A stretch of DNA of 64,000 nucleotides from Ostreococcus lucimarinus (Eukaryota), in the NCBI GenBank assembly GCA_000092065.1, contig CP000589.1, one strand, 5' to 3'. The position numbers and the translations under genes were made by a program. The first letter of the stretch is position 1. The number at the start of each line of letters is the position of its first letter. Positions 1 through 9,418 of this stretch are shown in pieces. Under the pieces are notes generated by a model. It did not search any database, had not been told where the DNA came from, and saw nothing but the letters and a program-made list of their open reading frames with translations.

Positions 1-126
1 ACGGCGGACGCTATCGAAGAGAGCAGACAAGAGTGCTTCGATGCGGGCTTCGATTCGTACCTCACGAAGCCTTTCAGAATCGAACAAATCCAAAAGGCAA
101 TTCGTACGTTTTGTAAACTTCAGTAA
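1..126 (+). CDS. 3'-terminal fragment of a response-regulator receiver-domain protein (5' end lies before the window)
   Basis: Frame 1 reads ...AIEESRQECFDAGFDSYLTKPFRIEQIQKAIRTFCKLQ then TAA at 124-126. This is the typical C-terminal helix of a CheY-like receiver domain (D-x-YLTKPF). Only 41 codons are visible. Confidence 0.45.
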   Translation, partial: TADAIEESRQECFDAGFDSYLTKPFRIEQIQKAIRTFCKLQ

Positions 127-208
127 ACAGGCGAGATACATGGAAATGACTAGCATTAATCTCAATTCTGGTTGCAATCTACACTACAGTACACTCGGTT
201 TGGGGAAT

Positions 209-1765
209 TTATTCACTGTCCGAAGACGACTCGGCGAGGAGCGCTTCCTCGTCGGCGCGGCGTCTTGGTTGCGTCGTTCCCGAGGGCCTGAACAGCCGAC
301 CGCACGTGCGCTTCAACCAAGCAATGAACGTCAATGTCATCGGAACACGAACAGCGGACGCGGTGTCTCCGTTTACGGTCGTGTCGTTTTGCACCGGCGC
401 CATCACCGCCGCGAGCGCGTGCGCGCCCTCGTGAGGCATCTCCTCCAAGACAATCTTTAACGCGCAGGTCAAGGGCACACCCAGCACCGCCCCAGCGGCT
501 CCCCAAACCGAGTACCAGAACACAAGCGCGAGCAAGACCGTGACTTCATTCAAATCTAGTCCTTTGCGATATACCACCGGCCCTATCAAATCTCCGACTA
601 AAAACGAAACCAAGTTTGGAATGATCGATCCTGCGACGCGCTGGCGTTCCGTCAAATCCGGCAGCAGCACGATCATTGGCAAAGGCAGGATCGACGCCAC
701 GATGGATCCTAAAGTCGGAATGAAGAAGAGCCAGAACGAAACGATCGCCACGGCGATCGCCAGCGGCCACGGCACACCGCACAGTCCCAGCAACGATCCC
801 ACGGAAAGCGCCCGCACGACGGCAATTTGCACCATGATGGAAACGAACCGCCGCGTCGCCTTGTGAATTCGTCTCGCCACGAGCGAACGCGCCCTCGATA
901 ACTCTCGGCGCGGTGCGAGCAAGAACAAAGTGTAGAACAGCATGAGCATGATATCTTGCATGTAGTGAAACACTCCTACGCCGAGCGTCTCCCAAAACTC
1001 TTCATCCTTCAGCGTGGCTTCGATGTTCGCCAACAAACGCGCCCATGCCTCCTCCGCAACGTCATCTTTCTTGAACACGCGCTTCGCCATCTCGCTCATG
1101 CTTCGTCCTAAGTCATTAATTCGACTCGTGAACCTCGAATTCCAGTCGGGGTCGTTCCAGTGCACCAAGAAGTACACGCGCCCGAGATATAACGCCCACA
1201 CCAACGTCCCGAACACCGCGCACACAACCACTAGCGCCAGCACGATCGCCACGATCCTCGGTACCGTGAACACTCGCGGACAGCACAATCGCAATCGATT
1301 CCTTCGCAATGTTTCGCGCTGATACGCCGCGTCGCTCACGAAATCAACTAGCGGTCGCAGCAGCAGCGCCGCTCCGGTCGCCGTCACCAACGGTCTCAGC
1401 AAATACGCCAGCACCTGGAGCAACCAACAGGCGCACGCGCTCGCGATGACGGCCACACCCATGGTGATCACCGTGACGTCTCGCGCGCTCGCCGTGTGGT
1501 GTCCAGGGGCGAATATCGGGCTCGGGCTTAAATTCTCGTTGAAATTGAATGGCCGAGACGGCGACGGCGTGTCGTCGCTCTCGCGCGGCGCCGACGTCGA
1601 TGTCGGGAAGGCAAACTCGTCGTCATCGTGCGCCGCGCTGGCGCGCGCGCCAGGGGCGGTACCGCCGCGCCGGGGCATCGCGCGCGGTCGTTTGAGGACA
1701 AAGGCTAATCTTTGCGCGAGTCTTTTTGAGCTGGACGAGCTGGATGCGACGCGGCTATTGACCAT
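209..1765 (-). CDS. AI-2E / UPF0118 family membrane transporter-like protein
   Basis: 518-aa ORF with multiple hydrophobic helices and the C-terminal signature IPNLVSFLVGDLIGPVVYRKGLDLNEVTVLLALVFWYSVWGAAGAVLGVPLTCALKIVLEE, typical of the AI-2E (PF01594) family. The N-terminal 100 aa are S/P-rich, so the start is uncertain. Confidence 0.6.
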   Translation of the reverse strand: MVNSRVASSSSSSKRLAQRLAFVLKRPRAMPRRGGTAPGARASAAHDDDEFAFPTSTSAPRESDDTPSPSRPFNFNENLSPSPIFAPGHHTASARDVTVITMGVAVIASACACWLLQVLAYLLRPLVTATGAALLLRPLVDFVSDAAYQRETLRRNRLRLCCPRVFTVPRIVAIVLALVVVCAVFGTLVWALYLGRVYFLVHWNDPDWNSRFTSRINDLGRSMSEMAKRVFKKDDVAEEAWARLLANIEATLKDEEFWETLGVGVFHYMQDIMLMLFYTLFLLAPRRELSRARSLVARRIHKATRRFVSIMVQIAVVRALSVGSLLGLCGVPWPLAIAVAIVSFWLFFIPTLGSIVASILPLPMIVLLPDLTERQRVAGSIIPNLVSFLVGDLIGPVVYRKGLDLNEVTVLLALVFWYSVWGAAGAVLGVPLTCALKIVLEEMPHEGAHALAAVMAPVQNDTTVNGDTASAVRVPMTLTFIAWLKRTCGRLFRPSGTTQPRRRADEEALLAESSSDSE

Positions 1766-1800
1766 CGGCTAAGCATGCTAATAAATACGACTACACTTCG

Positions 1801-2805
1801 CTACGGCACGCATCCGACGCGCTCGAGGTACAACACGTGCGAATATAAAACAACGGGCTCGAACGCGACTTGAGAAGCCGCGCCGACGCGAGGGACGGGG
1901 GCGCCGTTTGGATTGGCGGCGTCCGACGCCGTGTACTTCAACGCGTCGTTAGGCTGTAAATATCCCGCCGTACTGAGCGTCGCCTTGACGCGATTCACCA
2001 CTTTAACTCCTGTGACACCGATGCGCGGCTCACCGGCGCTCGCGCCGTCGACGCCGTCGACGTCCGGCAGAGGCGTGAACGTCCACACGTGCGTGTAATC
2101 CGTCGGCACCATTCTCGCGACTCCGTACGAAGTCGAGTATCCCAGCGTCACCTGCCTCAACGATTCGAGCGCGAAGAACGTCCCATCCGACTCCCTCGTC
2201 TCGCTGTCTCGCGCGTTCGTGAACAACTCGATCCTTTCGGCGTTATTACTCGCGCCGCGCTTCAATCGAATCGTCGTTCGATTCGCGTCTCTCCGCGCGT
2301 CGTACTCCACCGCCTCCACCGCGCCCTCGCCGACGTACGCGTCCACGATTTCCCTTAAATTAAATCCACGATCTTCGATCACGTCACCGCCGTCCCGCGC
2401 GAATCGCATTCTGTACTCCGTCTTTCCCTCGCGTCCCACGTCTGGCGCGTACGCCAGCGACAGCTTTTGAAACCCCGGCGTCGTCGCCTCTCGCGCCACC
2501 GCCTCGCGCGCGACGACCGCGCTCGGAAACTCGTATCCCGCGAAGTCGATCGTCGCGCGCCACTCGCCCTCGAGCCAATCCGGGTACGCTTGCGCGCGCG
2601 GTCGTCCACCGTTGAAGACTGGCTTGTTCAGCCGCTTGACCCGCAGGTCGTCGATGAGCGACGATTTCGCCTCGGCGCGACGCGCGCGCGCGAGAAGCGG
2701 CGCGCAGACGGTGGCGACGACCACCGCGCGTCGATCGACGCGCGCGCTGGGGCGCGCGGGCGCGACGTCGCGCGCGGACGGCGGTGCGAACGGCACCGTC
2801 GGCAT
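1801..2805 (-). CDS. conserved hypothetical protein with transit-peptide-like N-terminus
   Basis: ORF 1801..3255; the upper part is Arg/Ser/Pro low-complexity antisense to the next gene, so I start at the ATG at 2805 (MPTVPFAPPSARD...). The body (DWLEGEWRATIDFAGYEF...LSLAYAPDVGREGKTEYRMRF...) looks globular and non-repetitive; family not recognised. Confidence 0.45.
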   Translation of the reverse strand: MPTVPFAPPSARDVAPARPSARVDRRAVVVATVCAPLLARARRAEAKSSLIDDLRVKRLNKPVFNGGRPRAQAYPDWLEGEWRATIDFAGYEFPSAVVAREAVAREATTPGFQKLSLAYAPDVGREGKTEYRMRFARDGGDVIEDRGFNLREIVDAYVGEGAVEAVEYDARRDANRTTIRLKRGASNNAERIELFTNARDSETRESDGTFFALESLRQVTLGYSTSYGVARMVPTDYTHVWTFTPLPDVDGVDGASAGEPRIGVTGVKVVNRVKATLSTAGYLQPNDALKYTASDAANPNGAPVPRVGAASQVAFEPVVLYSHVLYLERVGCVP

Positions 2806-2867
2806 CGCGACCGCGCGTCGATGTGACGCGGCGCGCGCGTCACGCGGCGACGCGCGGCGCGTTCCAG

Positions 2868-3788
2868 ATGACGGACGCGTGGACGACGAAACTGCGCGCG
2901 ACGCGACAGCTCGTGAACGAGCTGCGCGCGGACGTGGGCGCGGTGCGCGCGACGAATGCGTCGAGCGAGCGCGACGGCGATCCGACGACGAAATCTTCCG
3001 AGACGGCGCGCGCGCGCGCGCTGGCGCTCGCGCGACGGAAGCTGAACCGACTGGATGACTTGCTGGACGTGCTGGACGATTGCGCGCGCGAGGGCGCGCG
3101 CGATGACGCGGAGATCGAGGCGCGAGAGCGGACGGTGGAGGAATTTCAGCGCGAGGCGCGGCGACTGCGCGGCGACGTCGCGAAGGCGACGGAGACGCGA
3201 ACGACGACGAGCGCGACGACGACGACGGCGACGACGACGAGGGAGTTGGGGGCAAACGTGAGCGCGCTGGGGGCGGCGATCGGTAAGGGAGTGAGCGATG
3301 CGGCGACGAGCGTGAGTAACGCGGCGGGGGGGTTGGTGGCGAGCGCGAGTCGCGCGGCGGAATCCGTGCCGGCGCTGGAACGCGCGGCGACGATGGTGAT
3401 TCCCTCGAGGAAGGACGAGGAGAGTCGAGCGACGCGAGCGATGGACACGCGCGAGCTCATCGAACATCAAACGGCGCAGATTCGAGGGCAAGATGACGCG
3501 TTAGAGGGGTTGGACAAATTGGTCGAAAACTTGAAGACGACGAGCGAGGCGATTCACGGCGAAGTCGTGCTGCAGGCGAAATTGGTGGAGGATTTAGAAG
3601 CGGATTTCTCGCACACGAGCGATAGAATGAAAAAGTTACGCAAGCAGGGATTCAAACTTGCCGGTGAGAAGAACGAGGAAGAGCGAGAGAGGCTCGATCG
3701 GAACGAAGTCATCGAGGAGATGCGAGCGAAGCTTGGTCGCGAGCAGCGCGCGGCGGAGAGCGCCGACGGCGGTTGCGTGGTACAATGA
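2868..3788 (+). CDS. syntaxin-6/Tlg1-type Qc-SNARE without a transmembrane anchor, ending in a CaaX box (CVVQ)
   Basis: SNARE motif AQIRGQDDALEGLDKLVENLKTTSEAIHGEVVLQAKLVEDLEADFSHTSDRMKKLRK aligns closely with the syntaxin-6 Qc motif, with the zero-layer Q in VVLQAKL. The N-terminal part resembles the syntaxin-6 N domain. The ORF ends ...ADGGCVVQ-stop with no hydrophobic helix. Start taken at the ATG at 2868 (MTDAWTTKL). Confidence 0.6.
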   Translation: MTDAWTTKLRATRQLVNELRADVGAVRATNASSERDGDPTTKSSETARARALALARRKLNRLDDLLDVLDDCAREGARDDAEIEARERTVEEFQREARRLRGDVAKATETRTTTSATTTTATTTRELGANVSALGAAIGKGVSDAATSVSNAAGGLVASASRAAESVPALERAATMVIPSRKDEESRATRAMDTRELIEHQTAQIRGQDDALEGLDKLVENLKTTSEAIHGEVVLQAKLVEDLEADFSHTSDRMKKLRKQGFKLAGEKNEEERERLDRNEVIEEMRAKLGREQRAAESADGGCVVQ

Positions 3789-3793
3789 CTCGT

Positions 3794-3798
3794 TGTAA
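3794..3798 (+). promoter_or_regulatory. TGTAA candidate polyadenylation signal downstream of the SNARE gene
   Basis: TGTAA begins 6 nt after the stop. TGTAA is the green-algal poly(A) signal. A mirrored TGTAA on the minus strand (3813..3809) serves the convergent CPSF3 gene. Confidence 0.4.
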
Positions 3799-3846
3799 TT
3801 CATCTAATTTACACAAAACTGGCTACTGATTCTTCTCAAATCTACG

Positions 3847-6186
3847 TCACGCAAACTTGGTGCTCGAAGCCGACAGCGAGTGTACCGCGTGCGCGTACGC
3901 CGCGTCGCCGATGGCTTCATCGATTCGCGAAACCGTCGTCTCCACGCGTTGTTTCAACGCGTCGTTATCACACAAAACCGTACGCGTGCGGTACTCAAGC
4001 ACGGCATCGATACCGTCGATGTTCAGACTCAACGTTGCTTTTTTCTCATTCACCTTGAGCTCGCCGAACTGAGCGGAGAGCATGGCTGCGACGACGCGCA
4101 GGCGCCACTTCTCCGCGGAAGTCTCGTCCTTCTTCTTGATGGCGTCGCGTAATCCAGCCTCGGCTTCCTTTAATGCTTCTGGTTCACTTTCGAGCTGTAA
4201 GATTGCGCTCAGCGTCGCGTCGACGATCATGTCCGTCAAAGGATCGCTATTCCATTCGATGACGACATGTTCGACGCCGGTGATTTCGTCCGCGAAGCGC
4301 TTGCGTATCGTCACCATGCCGTCGTTGATGGACAAACCATCCGCCTTGTCGACGTCAAACTTGTCTTCGCCCTCGCGCGCTTCAACTTCAGACGGTTCTG
4401 TCTTCGCTTTCTTCGCGCGACTCGTCGTTGCCTTCTTCTTCGGCGCCGCTTTCTTCTTCGCGGCCGGCTTATTTGCCTCCTCCTCTGCGTCTTCCTCCTC
4501 TTCTTCGTCCTCCTCTGGCGCGAGCGTGGAGACGACGTGCAAGCCTTCGAAAAGAGCTTCGAGTGCGAACCGCAGCGTGCTGATCGGGATCTTACTCGGC
4601 ACAAGCTGACGCTGCGTCACTAAAGACGTTCGTAGCTTGGTGTAGTTGTTCACGTCTTCCGGGGCGATGAGCATGGTGCCGAAATCTTTTTGAACCAGCA
4701 CTCCGGCGACGTGGTCGCCCTCTTCGATTTCTTGCTCGGCTAACAAACCGGTGATTTTGGCGATGCGCTCGCCTTTGTGAATGATCTCGACCGGTTGGCA
4801 GTTCTTGGGCGTGTAGACGCTCATCTTTTTATCATCCGCCGCCGCCTTGTTGTCCAACGCGCGCTTCAATCGACCCATCTCCCCCGCTTCGCCGTGGACC
4901 AGAATGACGTGCGGCGGCGCCAAGGCGTCCAAAAACGCCTGAGTCTGCGGGTAATCCGCGTGCGCGCTAAACGAAATGGCATCGACAGACATGTTGAGCT
5001 GCAACTCTCGTCCGTCTCGTGCGATGATTTTGTTAACATCACTCAAAATTTCGCGCGCCAAAGTGCCTTGTACGGCGAAATCGGCGATGATTACACCATT
5101 CTTCGGATCTTCGCACCACGACTCGAAGAGTTCGCGAGACAAACCGCTTTGCAACATCGACGGCGTCGCGAGAACGACGCACGGACCGACGTCGTCCAAC
5201 TCACTCGATTTGCTGACGTGCTTAACATGATTGAACACGAACGGATTCGCCTCCTCGAACGCCGCCTTCATGTCCGAGTTCAACACGTTGATGTACGTTT
5301 GGTAAATCGTCATCGCTTTGCGCGCAAGCGCCGACGCTTGATAAATTGGCACACGCTGCAAATCCGGATTTTGCGCCCAAAAGTCCTCTAAAATCAGCAA
5401 CAACTCTTGCGCGCGACCGAGCGCGACGACGGGAAGCAAAACTCGCCCTCCCCGACGCAAAATCGTCTGCACTTTCTCCGTAAACCGAATCTCCCGCTCC
5501 TCCCGCGGCGAGTGCGGCGACACCCCGTACGTCGACTCCACGATCACCACGTGCGGCGGAATCGCCGGGACGTCCGCCGCGGGCAGGTGTCTATCCGCGA
5601 TTCTGGAGTAATCTCCCGTATACAGCACGCGCAACCCCCCAATATCGACGTTAAACATGCACGCCCCCAGCACGTGCCCCGCTCGATACGGCGTCACCTT
5701 GACCCCGTCCACGTCCACCTCTTGATGAAAATCAATCACCTCAATCTTCTTCATCGACGCCTCCAGGTCCTTCTCTCCGAACAACTGTTCGCTCGGCTCT
5801 TGATTCTTCAGCAATCGACAGAAATCTTGCATGAGCATGTGATATATCGCCTTCGTCGGGTGCGTCATGAAGATTCGTCCATTGAAATCCGTCCTTCCGC
5901 ACAAAAACGGCACCGCGGCGCAGTGATCGAGATGAAAGTGCGTCACGAACAGCGCGTCGACGTCGGCGAGATCGATCTCATCAAAGTACGGCAGCGACGC
6001 GAGGCCGGCGTAGCCGGGATGGATGCCGCAGTCGAACATGAGCGTCTTTTGTTTGTAGCGCGCGATCACGCAACTTCGACCGACTTCGCTCCCGGCGCCG
6101 AGCGGGATGATCTCCAGCAAGTCACCGGCGTGCGCGTCGTCGTCGGGCATCGTCGGCTGCGGCACCGCGGGCGCGAGCGAGGTCAT
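3847..6186 (-). CDS. CPSF3: cleavage and polyadenylation specificity factor 73 kDa subunit (metallo-beta-lactamase / beta-CASP endonuclease)
   Basis: LLEIIPLGAGSEVGRSC, HFHLDHCAAVP (HxHxDH), beta-CASP and RMMBL regions (SAHADY) and the CPSF73-type C-terminal domain are all present. The real start is the ATG at 6186 (MTSLAPAV...); the upstream 130 codons of the ORF are Arg-rich read-through. Confidence 0.9.
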   Translation of the reverse strand: MTSLAPAVPQPTMPDDDAHAGDLLEIIPLGAGSEVGRSCVIARYKQKTLMFDCGIHPGYAGLASLPYFDEIDLADVDALFVTHFHLDHCAAVPFLCGRTDFNGRIFMTHPTKAIYHMLMQDFCRLLKNQEPSEQLFGEKDLEASMKKIEVIDFHQEVDVDGVKVTPYRAGHVLGACMFNVDIGGLRVLYTGDYSRIADRHLPAADVPAIPPHVVIVESTYGVSPHSPREEREIRFTEKVQTILRRGGRVLLPVVALGRAQELLLILEDFWAQNPDLQRVPIYQASALARKAMTIYQTYINVLNSDMKAAFEEANPFVFNHVKHVSKSSELDDVGPCVVLATPSMLQSGLSRELFESWCEDPKNGVIIADFAVQGTLAREILSDVNKIIARDGRELQLNMSVDAISFSAHADYPQTQAFLDALAPPHVILVHGEAGEMGRLKRALDNKAAADDKKMSVYTPKNCQPVEIIHKGERIAKITGLLAEQEIEEGDHVAGVLVQKDFGTMLIAPEDVNNYTKLRTSLVTQRQLVPSKIPISTLRFALEALFEGLHVVSTLAPEEDEEEEEDAEEEANKPAAKKKAAPKKKATTSRAKKAKTEPSEVEAREGEDKFDVDKADGLSINDGMVTIRKRFADEITGVEHVVIEWNSDPLTDMIVDATLSAILQLESEPEALKEAEAGLRDAIKKKDETSAEKWRLRVVAAMLSAQFGELKVNEKKATLSLNIDGIDAVLEYRTRTVLCDNDALKQRVETTVSRIDEAIGDAAYAHAVHSLSASSTKFA

Positions 6187-6317
6187 CGCGCGCGCGCGAC
6201 TGGCGATGCGCGCGCGAATGCGCGCACGAGTCGGTGGGTCGGTCGCCGCGGCGACGGCGGCGCGGGGCGAACGAACGACGCGAGACGGGGCGAAACGCGA
6301 CGATGGATTGAAATCGG

Positions 6318-8081
6318 TCAATCGTCGGTGAAAAATATGTCCTGGACGTGCGCGAGCGCGCGCCGGAGCTTGGTGACGTCGGCGAGGGCGTGCGCGCGCT
6401 CGATGTGGACGAGCTCGCGAGACGCGCGGAGCGCGTCGTTTTCGCGCTCCAGGCGACGGTTTTCCTCGGCGTAGCGCGAGAGGAGGCGCTCGACCTCGCT
6501 GACGCGCGTGATGACGTCGGAGGTGTGGTAGATGGAGTTGGAGACGCGCCGCTGGCGCGAGGATGGGGTTGGGCAAATGGCGGTGGAGGCGTCGGCGGCG
6601 CGCGTCAACGCGGCGATTCGACGGCGAAGCGCGCAGTTTTCTGCCCTCAATTCGTCCACGAGCGCGTCGGGAGACGCGCGCGCGTCGATGGTTTCGGTGG
6701 TGCGAGATGTGTTCGACTCGGGAATGTTCACTATGGACGTCACGCGCGCGGCGTATTGAAGCGTGCGGATGGTCTCTTCCACGTGTCGCTCGTTGGCAGA
6801 GCAGCAGGCGATCATGAGCGTCAGAGAGCGACCGCCGAGCGAATCCATCAAAAGTTTCGTGAGCTTGCTGTCGCGATACGGCACGTGTGGTGTCGTGGCT
6901 TTGGCATCTCGCGATTCGTCGGCGAGAATCGATATCACTTTGCCGAGCGCGAAAAGACTCTTGTTGATCAGGCTCGTCTCTCGCGAACCGGCGTCTTCGC
7001 TCCCGCTGTGCTTTAAACGTTCGCTCCCAGCCAAATCCACGAAAGTCATTTTCCCGCGCGTGATCTCCACATCTCCGGAATCATCGCAAGAAGCGCCGAC
7101 GTCATCGTCGCGATCACCACCACCGTTCGCGCGCGGCGCTCCAAAGTAGCGCTCGACGTGCACGGTGAGCACGGCGTGCGAGCGCGAGCTCTCGGCGTTC
7201 ATCTTGTGCGATCGCACGCGGCGTCTGGCGGCGCCCTCGCGCACGCAATCCAAAGCTTCGCCGGCGTTCGCGCACTCCCGTCGCGAGAGATTTGGAACAT
7301 AGAACCCATCACGGCTTCGCCAACGCACGCGAAGCGATTTCGACGACTCGTCCGCCAGCAAATCGATGACTTTCTCCTTGTAAATCTCGTAACTCGTGAC
7401 GGAGACGACGACCTTCGTCGGCGCCTTTTCCCCACCACCCGCAGCCTCGCGCCCGAGCGCGTCGAACAAGTACTCGATCGAGCGCCCAATAAGACCATCG
7501 TCCGATCCGACGTCATTCATCGTCGGCGACGAGGTCGACGCCGTCTCGACGTCGTCGCGCGTCGACGACGCGCTCTCGCTCGCCCCGCGTCGCGCCCCCG
7601 CGCGTCCCAACATCGTGTACGTCTTTCCGCTACCAGTCTGCCCGTACGCGAACACGGCGCTCGCGTACCCATCCAACGTCTTCATCAACAACGCCTTCAC
7701 CCCCGACACGTCGAAGAACGCGTCCTGCGTCGTCCGCGTCCCCGCGCACGGCCCTCGAAACGCCACCTTTTCCCGCTCCGCCGCGCCGCGCCGTCGTCTC
7801 GTTCGTCCTCCTCCCGCGACGCGCACCGCGCGTCCGTCCGCGCTCACCGCGCTCGGTCCATCCCCAGGGCGCACTCGCACGACGACGCGCACGCGATCGA
7901 CGCCCTCGCGCGCGTCCTCGCGCGCGTCCTCGCGCGCGTCCTCCTCCTCGCGCGTCCGTTCGGTCCTCGCCGTCGCGTCTTCCTCGCTTTCCGCGTCGCC
8001 GTCCGCCGCCGTCGTCGCGCCGTCGACGCGATCGACGCGCGATTCTTCCTCGTCCTCGCCGTCCCGCGTCGCGTCGTCCAT
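6318..8081 (-). CDS. kinesin-like protein (N-terminal motor domain plus coiled-coil tail)
   Basis: RVVVRVRP, P-loop GQTGSGKT, switch I SSRSH, switch II DLAGSE, HVPYRDSKLTKLL and LQYAARV are all intact. Confidence 0.88.
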   Translation of the reverse strand: MDDATRDGEDEEESRVDRVDGATTAADGDAESEEDATARTERTREEEDAREDAREDAREGVDRVRVVVRVRPGDGPSAVSADGRAVRVAGGGRTRRRRGAAEREKVAFRGPCAGTRTTQDAFFDVSGVKALLMKTLDGYASAVFAYGQTGSGKTYTMLGRAGARRGASESASSTRDDVETASTSSPTMNDVGSDDGLIGRSIEYLFDALGREAAGGGEKAPTKVVVSVTSYEIYKEKVIDLLADESSKSLRVRWRSRDGFYVPNLSRRECANAGEALDCVREGAARRRVRSHKMNAESSRSHAVLTVHVERYFGAPRANGGGDRDDDVGASCDDSGDVEITRGKMTFVDLAGSERLKHSGSEDAGSRETSLINKSLFALGKVISILADESRDAKATTPHVPYRDSKLTKLLMDSLGGRSLTLMIACCSANERHVEETIRTLQYAARVTSIVNIPESNTSRTTETIDARASPDALVDELRAENCALRRRIAALTRAADASTAICPTPSSRQRRVSNSIYHTSDVITRVSEVERLLSRYAEENRRLERENDALRASRELVHIERAHALADVTKLRRALAHVQDIFFTDD

Positions 8082-8177
8082 CGGCGCGTCGCGTCGCGCG
8101 CGTCAAACAGAGCGGGAAGACGAACGGACAGTTTCGCGTCTCCGTCGGTCGCGCTATGTTTAGCGCGCGTTTTTTAG

Positions 8178-9167
8178 ATGGATGATTTTCAACCGCGAAT
8201 TCGCGACAAAACGCGCCCCGCGCGGGTCGTCGCGCGCGTCGCCATGCGCGATCGCACGGCGCAGTTCGCGACGATGTGCGCGGCGTCGACCGCGACCGTC
8301 GCGCGCGTCGACGACGTCGACGTCGGCGCGCGCGTGAAGGAAACGCGGGCGAATGCGCGGGCGAATGCGAAAGTCGCGACGTGCGAGACGGTGCGCGCGT
8401 ACGCGCGGACGGCGGCGATCGCGCTGGAGGCGACGCGGACGTACGTGGAGGAACACCGCGGACGGTACAAGGGCGCGAGCGATCGGGAGAGGGACGCGTT
8501 CGAGGCGGAGACGTCGGAATCCATCAGGGAGTGTCAGCGGTGCGTGGCGAGCGCGAGAGACGCGGTGGAAAACGCGCGGGACGGCGGGGCGCTGGCGCGG
8601 GCGCCGCAGTGCGCGGCGCACTTGCACGGGATCGGGTTGATTTTGAGTGAGTCGCTGAACGACGTGGCGAGGGCGTTCGATAAGGTGCGAGAGACGAGGT
8701 TCGCGGCGACGCTGGAACGCGCCGAACGCGAGCGTCAACGGAAGCGCGCGGCGACGAGGGCGAGATACGACGACGCGGGGACGGGTGCGTCGGGAGCGGA
8801 CGACGATGGCGTCGCGCGCGCGGTACGCGTCGAGGGGGTGGAGATGAGGCAAGAGCAAGTGCACGCGGAGCGGCAGGATGGATTGGAGGAGGAGTTGACG
8901 CAGTTGCTCGATGAGGTGCGAATGGCGGAGAAGAACGTCATCGAGATGTCGGCGTTGAGTTCGTTGTTCGCCACGCACGTACAAGCGCAGGCGGAGCAGA
9001 TAGAGTCACTTTACCAAGACGCCATCGAGAGTTCGCGGCATTTAGACATGGGCAACGTGGAGATGAAGAAAACCATCGCGCGAAAGGGAAGCGCGCAGCG
9101 CTACGTCGCGTTGATTTTGCTCGTCGCCACGCTCGGGCTGTTGTTCCTCGATTGGTACTCGGGATGA
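8178..9167 (+). CDS. syntaxin-18/Ufe1-like Qa-SNARE with C-terminal membrane anchor
   Basis: C-terminal SNARE heptads (...QAQAEQIESLYQDAIESSRHLDMGNVEMKKT...) are followed by a single TM (YVALILLVATLGLLFLDWYSG) at the extreme C-terminus. The N-terminal DRTAQFATM segment resembles the syntaxin-18 N-terminal motif. Start could be 8178 or 8244. Confidence 0.55.
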   Translation: MDDFQPRIRDKTRPARVVARVAMRDRTAQFATMCAASTATVARVDDVDVGARVKETRANARANAKVATCETVRAYARTAAIALEATRTYVEEHRGRYKGASDRERDAFEAETSESIRECQRCVASARDAVENARDGGALARAPQCAAHLHGIGLILSESLNDVARAFDKVRETRFAATLERAERERQRKRAATRARYDDAGTGASGADDDGVARAVRVEGVEMRQEQVHAERQDGLEEELTQLLDEVRMAEKNVIEMSALSSLFATHVQAQAEQIESLYQDAIESSRHLDMGNVEMKKTIARKGSAQRYVALILLVATLGLLFLDWYSG

Positions 9168-9346
9168 CGCGGGCGGGATCAACGCATAGCAAACGTGTAG
9201 CGCGAAGCATTCGCACGATCACCGCGCCGCACGCGCGATCCATCCTTCGCTCGCGCGGTCGATTCCGTTCGTTTCGTTCGCCGCCGACGCCTCGCGCGCG
9301 ATGTCGCGGTCCGCCCTATCCACGGACCTAGGCGAGATGGCGCGGG

Positions 9347-9351
9347 TGTAA
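9347..9351 (+). promoter_or_regulatory. TGTAA candidate polyadenylation signal
   Basis: TGTAA sits in the AT-richer 3' region after the syntaxin-18-like gene. Confidence 0.35.
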
Positions 9352-9418
9352 TACATAGTAAATTTTTAGGGCTAACAATTCGTACATCTACTGCGCTACT
9401 CGTGTGATCTATGTTTCG

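Noticed and set aside
209-1765. A prokaryotic-looking cluster (AI-2E transporter, response-regulator fragment, AlkB, PanC, pirin) that might indicate a bacterial contig or an HGT island.
   Set aside because: All of these families also occur in plants and algae. The genes are interleaved with unmistakably eukaryotic ones (CPSF73, kinesin, proteasome Rpt2, SNAREs, SRPK, MSH5). They share the same GC content and TGTAA 3' motifs. There are no operon-like same-strand runs, no Shine-Dalgarno-like spacing, and spliceosomal introns are present nearby.
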